The notes beneath the pieces were generated by a model that had not been told where the DNA came from, did no database searches, and saw nothing but the letters and a program-made list of their open reading frames with translations. A stretch of DNA of 64,000 nt from a virus. Lineage: Duplodnaviria > Caudoviricetes. Within the stretch, counting starts at the first letter, position 1. Each line of letters opens with the position of its first letter. Both the position numbers and the translations under genes were made by a program. This document shows, piece after piece, positions 45,401-54,100 of this stretch. The stretch is from IMG/VR virus record IMGVR_UViG_3300031760_000028, positions 1 to 64,000 of that record. One strand, written 5' to 3'.

Positions 45401-48036
45401 TTTTTTTCAGATAAAATATTGCTTTTATATTGATTATATACATTATCATCTATGTCTAATAACATATTAGTACCGTTTGTACCCAAGTCACCTTGTTTAA
45501 CAAAAGTAAAATGTGTAGTTGCCATAACTACTGCGTCATTATATGTAACCTTAAGCTCTATATTACTATTCTCTTTTTTATTAATATCATATTCTGATGC
45601 TAATGAATAGACTAAATTACTAGCATTAGCAACTTCTAAAACCGTTGCATCTGTAGCAGATACACTGCACATTGTAGAACCTTTATATCCAGTTTTTATT
45701 AAACTATAAGGACTATCATAAAATCTCCATATTGGGTTTAAAGATGTTATATTAATAGTGGATGAAGTATTCTCAGGATACTCGCTGTCAAATAATAAAG
45801 AGCCCGCTTTATCATAAAGCTTAAAAAATAGCGGCTTAATTAAAATATCCGGTGAAAGTCCTCCTTCATTATACATGAACCCCTGTGTACCATTAGTGAT
45901 CTCCAAACTGTAATCTAAAGATGCTCCACTAGAATTAATTAAAGTAATTTCAGCTGTGCCAATAGGCTGGCTCACATTATTTTCAGTTAATATTGCAGTA
46001 ACTTTATAAGTTGCTTTATTGCCAATTTTATAAGCTGGTAAATTATACAAAGTATTAACAACTTGTTCGGTATAAAGCTGTGTTCCATAATAATAAGGGT
46101 GTGTGTTTATTATTTCTGCACTTCTATAATCTTTTAATTCTTCATTTGCATAACGCGCTGATACGCTACTCGGTCCAAGGATATAATAAGAGCTATTATC
46201 ATTATCCATGGTATACATATGCTTAATATTGGTAGTTTTAACAGATACAATAGTTTCACTACGTACTTTTGCCCTTTGCATTTGAATAGCATCAGATTGA
46301 GGATTTTCATATAATTGAGTGTATCTGTCATGATAATAGTTATATCTTTCCCTACATAGTACAACATTAGGATTTGCGGCTAGGTAATCTGTGATTTCTT
46401 CATCCGACAAAGTCTCATTATCTTGCTCTTGATCCCACTCTAAATTATTTATTAATATATCGTCAATTAATGTTGACGGTAGAGATTTCTCAATCCCTTT
46501 TTCATCTATTTCCACCCAATGATAATTAATATTATTATTTAATGTTCTACTGCGAGGGGCTGTTCCACCAATATCTTGAAATACGCCTGCTGTTAAAGTA
46601 AAACCGCCAAGTCCATTATAACTTTGGACTTTTCCATCTTTAGAGTGTAAAAGTATATAATATCCTTCTCTATTTAAAACTTCTTTAATTTCTGAAGAAA
46701 TAATTTGATTTTCATAAAAAACTACGCACTTAATTCTAGTAATTTTACCTTTACATAAACTTCTCAAAATAGAAATGTCAGGCATATTATAGTTCCATTC
46801 TATAGCTTGTCCTCCAACAGAAGTATCAGATTGTAAAATTGTATAATTCTTTAAATCTTCTTTTGTTGCGGAAGCTGCATCGTATATAATTTTATTACCA
46901 GTATTTAAACAATACCATCCCTTGCCAGTATATTTATTATATTTTGGGTGGTTAATAGAGTCTACTGTCACATCCTCTTTTGCCCAATAGTATTGAACAT
47001 TCTGATTACTTGATGATTGAACGGGATTTCCATTAACCTTTAGTGTTGCACGACATACAATCTCAGGTTTATATACATCAATATCATCATTTGTACGAAT
47101 AAAAAAATCAAAATTATCATCGCTCTGAACTTCTACTCGGTACTTGTCATTATTAGTATCATATAGTTTAACTGCTTTATACAAGCCAATATCTTTAATG
47201 TATATATCTCTAAAAAGCTGTCCTGGATCTTCTCCTTGTGGAAATCCTACTACATACTCTTCAATTTTATCAATCCCAACAAAATCTGTTTGGTCCACTT
47301 GCCAATAATCATATTGTGGCATATACACATTAAAATTAAAAGGACTTCCACTCATATGGAAAGTATCTAATTTAAAATTTTTATAATAAATATCTCCTGT
47401 AGAAACGTTTTTATACTTGAAAGTTACAATAATACCATAATCTCCGCTAACTTTTCTACTGTCGTCTAAAGTTGTTTTAAAACTTGCGCCAACTCTAATA
47501 GCGGTTGCGGTCTTTAAGTATTCATTTGCTTGAGAGTTAATATTTAATAAATTAATAGCTCCTGGGGATGGATTTGCACTCCACAGAGTTTTGCGATACA
47601 TATTTGGCGCACCCCAATAGCTCGATAAATTAATATCTTGTTCACCGTTTAAAGAAATATAGTTACTGCCATCTACTGAATACGCTTGATCCCCTTCTAA
47701 ATAGGTTGCATAAGTACGTTGTGAACTATCATTAGAAGCTGCGCCTGTAATGAATAATCTATTATTCATATCGTTACCAGGAACTAAAACATATACAAGA
47801 GCATTATTCATATATGTTGTTAAAGTGTCTCTACTGTATGCAGTATAATAGCCATTTTGATATTTTATTTTATACTGTCCAATAGTAGCATCAGTACAAA
47901 ACTGTATTGTTGCTAAAATAGTTTTGTCATAACTTGCATCTTGCACTGATTTTTCTGCACTTCTTTTAAAAGTATTAATTAATACTTCTTTGATTTCTTG
48001 TGTTGACATATTGTTTGAATTATTATATGCCGTCAT
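42490..48036 (-). CDS. Large tail-tip / host-specificity protein (about 1848 aa)
   Basis: Directly downstream of the tape measure; beta-rich; GRIGNWVI and GQIG repeats near the C-terminus typical of tail fibre/adhesin genes. The RBS abuts TTG 48048, so ATG 48036 is the likelier start. Confidence 0.7.
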   Translation of the reverse strand: MTAYNNSNNMSTQEIKEVLINTFKRSAEKSVQDASYDKTILATIQFCTDATIGQYKIKYQNGYYTAYSRDTLTTYMNNALVYVLVPGNDMNNRLFITGAASNDSSQRTYATYLEGDQAYSVDGSNYISLNGEQDINLSSYWGAPNMYRKTLWSANPSPGAINLLNINSQANEYLKTATAIRVGASFKTTLDDSRKVSGDYGIIVTFKYKNVSTGDIYYKNFKLDTFHMSGSPFNFNVYMPQYDYWQVDQTDFVGIDKIEEYVVGFPQGEDPGQLFRDIYIKDIGLYKAVKLYDTNNDKYRVEVQSDDNFDFFIRTNDDIDVYKPEIVCRATLKVNGNPVQSSSNQNVQYYWAKEDVTVDSINHPKYNKYTGKGWYCLNTGNKIIYDAASATKEDLKNYTILQSDTSVGGQAIEWNYNMPDISILRSLCKGKITRIKCVVFYENQIISSEIKEVLNREGYYILLHSKDGKVQSYNGLGGFTLTAGVFQDIGGTAPRSRTLNNNINYHWVEIDEKGIEKSLPSTLIDDILINNLEWDQEQDNETLSDEEITDYLAANPNVVLCRERYNYYHDRYTQLYENPQSDAIQMQRAKVRSETIVSVKTTNIKHMYTMDNDNSSYYILGPSSVSARYANEELKDYRSAEIINTHPYYYGTQLYTEQVVNTLYNLPAYKIGNKATYKVTAILTENNVSQPIGTAEITLINSSGASLDYSLEITNGTQGFMYNEGGLSPDILIKPLFFKLYDKAGSLLFDSEYPENTSSTINITSLNPIWRFYDSPYSLIKTGYKGSTMCSVSATDATVLEVANASNLVYSLASEYDINKKENSNIELKVTYNDAVVMATTHFTFVKQGDLGTNGTNMLLDIDDNVYNQYKSNILSEKKWSDFSTVEGGRTVTKHYQPSQRHLGNTYLFATMAYNANGEPQLSTNTCRYVNLKFAAGAMNIDGSPTGVNGSATTTLYGYWYQDGQMSVIDSSSVWSSEIIKGAYKGIKYYLKPSFNIINTTGQYTQLRIPYMTDNENQVEMTYKPTLITDYTIEGVTYDKKIANNIIRVASSKTLGEDTSIQRFNYGYYAIPYFYFNFTGSEPMPAGFDPAKHIVVTGGFDQIVYDSAGENPSYNKQEPFTFFIFDEEGKNITQEVVDGIATGKTNIYWSHSDGLQPINSISSTEEIQTYASFSNNENLYKKYCRYNNKVYVCNTSYTKGQLVEIKDADDQIINTYQPGSFVTPYWEEVVQLNESIQKFSVRPYNKYDMVAQKDLFNSWISVNITYVKSENQVYNAEALIPINILCNKYGSTEINNWDGKKTIIDDAYMISSKIAAGVKNNDNTFTGITLGTNFYPDNDERKNEIGLFGYGTPNTNDPESWARTMFIDAQTGRAIFGPTGSTQIVLDPRVPTTSRRVWSRLAGWYFDRDLLYKPIGEGNNLTFNELSQGDDVDPPNTGQGSAGMYIPWEDEVTDDTRFLWASNTNINYSNFMSRTPNFYLTYGGHVHCSDLDAVGSIVATSGSFGTSVNRVDINIWKGSEHYILWNKNFWIKDTGGTGTDDVAACVKGKIMAKSGQIGNISDDADGHSAGTLFIEYNWYPWHLPADNEPWNSTYMYLDTSQGMSQKYALYNKNFYVTNTGEAFFNGKLFTETGRIGNWVINRNYLGSVNGNVRLAPDRLTIGAFSADENGNLQGQQWYIRSDGTASFQNNGNTFVGRSFSTPSGSTFGDDGLRLAVGEKFYIGDTYLTAGPNGFVFYGGIVVWEDSRFHKTVTFDKNIFLGGSSGGIDISKEKISFSGAGGTYNIYQSGNADLNAVTVKSLSINGTSLDDYITEKVRQYTTGRYVTGVTGRSESGSNPITHLNVIKEQ

Positions 48037-48073
48037 ATCTTTTGGCAACCTCCTTTTCTCTCTTATTATAAAA

Positions 48074-48113
48074 TATATAAAAAAACTACAAACATATTTA
48101 AAAAGAAATGACC
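48074..48113 (-). promoter_or_regulatory. Putative class II promoter before tail-tip gene
   Basis: Minus strand GGTC (48113), TTAA at +12, T-run-ATATA at +35; begins at the U-tract of the tape measure terminator. Confidence 0.62.
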
Positions 48114-48155
48114 AAAAAAGAAGGGAGCTAGTCTTGACTAACTAGCTCCCTTCTT
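48114..48155 (-). terminator. Intrinsic terminator after tape measure gene
   Basis: 15-bp inverted repeat AAGAAGGGAGCTAGT / ACTAGCTCCCTTCTT with a minus-strand T-run. Confidence 0.85.
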
Positions 48156-48156
48156 A

Positions 48157-51100
48157 TTAATGAGGTGCATAATTATTATTTATCACAGAATAATCTTGTT
48201 GTAACCCATAGTTTTGTAATTCTAACAAAGCTTGATAAATTGCGTCAGCACTTCTTACTCCACTGAAATCTGCGTTAATAGTCATGCTGCGAGATATAGT
48301 ATTGTTATCATTAGTAACCATACTTGCAAGAGTCTGAGCAATACCCGAACTAATTTGCATTAGTGCTTGAGACTGCGCGCCACCGCTCTTAATCAGAGCA
48401 TCTTCAATCCCACTCGTATTAATAGTGGAGCTACCCACCATCTGTCTTAAGGCGGCAACTGCTTTTAATATATTAGAAGTATCATTTTTATTTAAGATTA
48501 ATTCTTTCTCATGGAGAATTCCAATCTTTCCAGAAGCGCCCCAGTCACCAGTATAACCTCCTGTATCAAATTTAGGAATTGATTTATTGATAGACCAGTT
48601 TCCATCTTCTCTTGTAAAGTCTCGTTTCTTTAACCACTCTACTGTTTCATCTACACTTCTAGTCATAACTTGTAATTTATTATCTATGTAGATGCCATAC
48701 CCTCCAGCACCATAAGGACTTGTTTGAACAACAAATTTAGGGTGAGATGTAAATAAAACTGGACCGGCTGCGTCTCCTCCCGTGCCAGTATTTGAAGGCG
48801 AAGCAGGAGTTTTATTTTTAGAAGCGATACTAGGTGTTATGCGTGAAGCACTATCTGCTGCACTAACTGCGGCTCTAATTTGCTGTAACGTATTAATAGT
48901 TGTATTAGCTAAAACTTGCATTGCGTTATTAGCAGATTGAATAGCGCTCACCGCAGCTCTCTCTAAATTATAATATTCTGTCTCAATAGCTTTGAGATTA
49001 TATTCTTGTTCTCTTAATTGGTCATTAATATTGTCAAGAGTAGCTGATAATTCTTCGTTTGTACCAACTAAATCTTCTAAGCTATCTTTAACAGGATCAA
49101 CACCATTATCTTTAAGATGCTCATAATTTACTCCAGCCTCTGTTAAAATCACAGAAGTTCTTTCTGCATATTGCTCTTGTGTTGATTCAAGTTCGTTGAT
49201 TGCTTTAGTTACAGATGTTATAAATCCATCTTGAGAGCCTCCCCCAACCCAAGTATCAACTAATTGACGCACAGTTGTTTGCGCAGTTGGTAAAATAGCT
49301 GCATTATCTACTTGAGCAAAGAATTGCGCAGTACCTTGATATAAGTCTTGTTTGTTTTTTTCTGCTTCTCCAAAGGCTGCTACAATTTCTTCTTGGTTTC
49401 TTTGGTATAACTCTTTTAGAACTTGCGCTCTTTCAGATTCACCATTTTTCTCGGCTTCATCAATTTCTTGTAATAAAGTAGACTGCTTTTTTTGTAAATC
49501 AATTATCCAATCCGATGTTTCTTTATATCTTTTCTTTACAAGCTCATACCAAGCTTTTTTCGCTGTTAAACCGCCTTGTTCAGCTTGTTCAATAGCTTGT
49601 TCGTCACCAGTATATTGATAACTATAATTACCTTGACTATCTCTACGAAGCCTCATATTACTCTTATTTTTTTGAGCATCTTCAATAGCGATTTGTTGCT
49701 TTAAAATCTCTAATCTTGCTTTAGACTCTTCAATATCATAAGAAGTTAATTTTTCTTTCTCGTTTAATTTCTTTAACTCCTCATCTCGGAACCTATTGAG
49801 TTTCTCTTGATTGGCGGCAGTTAATCCAACCGCTTTAGCGGCCTCGTTAAGAGTGTCTGTATAACTTTCCATCTCAATAGCTCGTTCAACATTATCTAAA
49901 TACTTGTCTGAGTAGTCGTTAATTAATTTCCATTCTTCTTCGACGGTATCTAAGCCAAAACCATCAGACATTGCTTTGTCTAATACATCCTCTATTGAAG
50001 CAATTTGATTTTTTCTCCACTCCTCTAAATGCTTTAACGAGCCTTCAACAGTCTTGTCTAAATCGCTAACTGCTTTAGCATAATTTTCACTTGCTTTTTC
50101 TAAACTATCTGAATATGTTTGCCATTGTACAGTATTCTTATCAGTTACTTTTAAGAGTTCTGTATATTTAGCGATTTCATCTTTCCAAAAATCTTGAGAT
50201 TGTCTTTGAGTATTAATTAAATTTAAATCATTTTTATACTGTTGGTCTAAAAATCTTTCAAGAGGCTCGAATGATTTTTCTCCGCTAACTAATTTAATTA
50301 ATGCAATATCATGCTCAATTTGGTCTCCAATTTGATTCCATCCCGCAACTTGTTTATTAATTTTGGTCTGAGCATCCTCAAGCATTTTTAAATAAGTAGT
50401 TGAAATACTTTTAACTTCTTGTTTTGCGGATTTCAAAGCATCCATCAGTTTATTTCTATAATTTTCCAGATTTTGCTTAGAGGCTGCTGAATCATCTCCA
50501 AATAAGCTATCTTCACCACCCCTATTTGCGGAAGCTATTTGCGCCTGAACCTCTTGCACCGTATCAGCCAAATGATTAGTTAATACTGCGACCTCACTAT
50601 TAACATTATCTCCAATAAGAGTATTTAATTTACCTAAGCTCTTTGCGATCTGTCCACCAAAATCAGTATCTTGAACGTCTTGAACAACATCATACCAAAA
50701 ATCATTCCATTCTTTTTCTGCGTCATCCAATTCTAAATGCACATCTACCATATTATTGAAAAGCTTAATTTCGTTTTCAATTTCTGCATAATGAGCATCT
50801 AATAATGAATCAAGAGTTGATTGATAGTCAGAAAATTTACTTTCATAATCATTGATTTTATTTTCAATTTTATTAATTCTATCTTTTTCTGCATCTAATT
50901 GGTCTTTATAAGTCTCTTGTTCCGCTGCAGATAACGCATTGTAAGTATCAACCATTTCGTTATAATGAGCATACAATGCATTTAGTTGACCTTCCGCATT
51001 AGTCATGGAGCTTCCGTCATCCGAAAAAACAACACCTTCATACTCCAACTGTTTTCTTCTAGTTGCTAAATCAGCTTCTTGTAACCTTTTTTTCTGTTCA

Positions 51101-54100
51101 AGCTTTTGTAATTGAGTATCTAATAATTTATTTTCTTCTTCTAAAGTCTTCTGCGCATCAAGACCCCATTCATGATCATTAATTGTTTGAATACGGCTTA
51201 ATGTACTTTCTATTTGATTTAGTTCCTCGTTAATAGACTTAAGAATATCTTCTTCTCTTTCAAGGTGTTTTTCAGTTTTTGGTTCTGTTGCCTTTTTAGA
51301 AGCACTTGATTTAGCTTTTTCGTTTTTCCCAAGAAGTTTACTTGTCGGTTGCGCTGCTACAGAATTAATTAACTGCATACGATTATAGTATGCTTGCGTA
51401 ACCTCTTTTGTTGCCGCGCTATTTTTTAACGCAGCATCCTTAGCAAGAGCAAGCCCGTTTAAAGCGTTAATACCTCTGCCGCACGCTTCAATTACGTCAT
51501 TAATACCAGCAATCGTATACTGATGTTCAGCATTATACATATTTTGAGCGGCGGTTACGTTCTCTCCCATCGCAATAGCACTTAACTCATTCATATACAA
51601 TTCTGTTGCTTCAATGCGGGCTTGTTGCAATTTAGCTTGCGCTAATTGCTGCATGGTTTCTTCGTTTAGCGACATCTGCCCATTTTGCAACTGTAAAGAA
51701 GCAATATATGAATCATCCATGGTTAATAACTGTTGAAGATTATCTAAAGATATTGTTCCTGTTGAGTTATATTCTTCAACAATACCTTGCAAAGTTTGGT
51801 AACTAGATTGAAGAGTATCTAAATCACTATTTAATAATCCGATAGATGTTTTTAAATCTGCGATTTGCTGTAAGTAATTAACTGTTGTTGAAATAGCATC
51901 TTTTTGCTCTTGCTGCAGTTCAGATTGATGTTGTTCTGCGACCTGTAATTCGTTTGATACCTTTTTTAACTCTGGTATACTTGATGAAAAATTTTGAATA
52001 TAAGAAGCTAGTTCATCATAAGTACCATTAAACCCTTCAAATAAGGTTTTTAAGACATCTTTATTTTTGAATTGATCAAATACTTCATCATATTTTTCCA
52101 TAACGACGGCTATATCGCCTTCGCTCTCGTTAAGAATGTCACGCAGTTGTGACATTGCTTCGCCATACTCTTGAGTTACTTCAGAAATATCTAGATTACT
52201 TGTATCGACTCCTTGCATCTGTAGCTGGCCTTGAACGTTCTGTTCTTCAACTTGTGTTAAATACTCTAACCGTTCTTTGCTAGCAGCTAATTCTTCAACT
52301 CTTGTATTAGTTTCACCAATAGCCTTGTCTAATTGAATATTATTCTGTTCTATCTCAGCGAGTTCTGCTTGAGACAATGATTGTATTTTTGCAATTTCTT
52401 GTTGTTTACTTTGTACTAAAGCGTAATATTGATCGCTTTTGGACATGGTTGAAAATCGCTCTGGAGATACTCCTATGTCAATCGTATCATCTGTAAATAA
52501 ATTGTTTAATGCTTCTTTAACATCTTTATTCTTAGTATTAATATCTCCATTTAAAACAATATCAATATTAGCAACATGATCTTTAGCTTCAGCAATTTCT
52601 AAAGAATTATTTACTTCATCTAAGATGGTTTGTAAATCTGTTCCATCTTTAATTAAGTGTCCAAATAAATCAATATGCGCTGCGATATATGATAAATCAC
52701 TATCGTCAACATTATTTAATCGTTCTAAAATTGAATCAACATTGACTTGTTTTCCATCCTCGGATATACTATCTATAATATCCTTCATCGCTTGAGCTAT
52801 AGTATCTTTCTGATCGAAAGTTTCAAATTCTTCACTGTAACCAGCTAAGAAATTCTTTGCCCAAGCTCTGCCGTCCTCTTCACCTGCGGCAGTCGCCTCT
52901 TCAGCTAAAGTATTTAATACTGTTTCGTAAGAAGGAAGATTTGTGATACCTTCTATGTCTTCTTGATGTTTATACCCAATATCAGTTAATGTAGCTTCAT
53001 GAGTAGCTTTTCCAGCAGTCTTAGTTTCTTGAATAATGTCTTGATTATCAGATATTATTTTACGAATTTGAGTAACGGCTTTTAAATTTTCATATTTACT
53101 TAATAATGCTTCTAATACAGTAGAATCAGTCGTTAATAATTTTTCTAAATTATCATAAGTAATATGACCCCATTCATCTATGACTTCTTTATCTGAATGA
53201 AGAATTTGTCGCACTTCTTCTCTAAAATCTTTATTATTATTAAAAAGACCAAAACCACTTAAATCATAATGTTCTCCATCATCTTCCGTCATCTTGGCTT
53301 GGCTTTTTATGCTAGACTTCAAAGCTAGCTTATAACTACCCTCAGTTTCTTGAGATTGTCTTAGAACATCTTCATTAGCCGCAGCTTGTGCTCTTTTAAT
53401 ACTTTCTTCAAGATTATCATAATCTCCGCTTAAGGCTTTAATAATTAAATCTTGATCCCCATAAGCACGTACTAATTCATAAATTTGACTTTGTTGAGCT
53501 TTTGAAAATTGATTATCCGCTTCTCTTTGAGCCTTTAAATCTGCGTAAGCCTTAGCCAAATTATCTATCTCTTGTTGTTCTTGTTTAGATGAATCTAATT
53601 TTTCTTTTTGTGATTCAGCAAGACTCTTATTCGCCTCTGCCGCATTTTCTAAGGATTGCTTATATGATTTATAAGCAGCTGTAGCAACTGTAACTGCCGC
53701 CGTAATTCCTGCAATAGCCCAGCCTATTGGTCCAAGAGTCGTGAGAAAAGTCTTTAATCCACCTGTAACCGCAGTAATTGCACCCTTCAAGCTAAGATTA
53801 GATATTGTTAACTTATCTGTAACTGCTTTCCATATTTGCGTCACAGTTAAATCTTTTGTTTCAACTCCAGTTAAGATACCTATGGTTGTTACAAGTCCTT
53901 TAGCAGCAGAAATTAACATCGGAAGAGTAAATACAAGAGAACTTGCTATTTTCTGCGCTTTCTCTAATCCATCTAAATCTTCATCAGCTATAATTGAACC
54001 TATTTCACTTGCTGAAGAAATAACAAAAGCAAGTTGTGATAATTGTCCAATTAGTTGAGTCGCGGCTTGCACTTTACGCTCTGTTGCAAGCGCATCTAGT

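Noticed and set aside
42490-48036. Diversity-generating retroelement target or invertible tail-fibre cassette
   Set aside because: No reverse transcriptase, TR/VR repeat pair, invertase or flanking inverted repeats were seen in the window.
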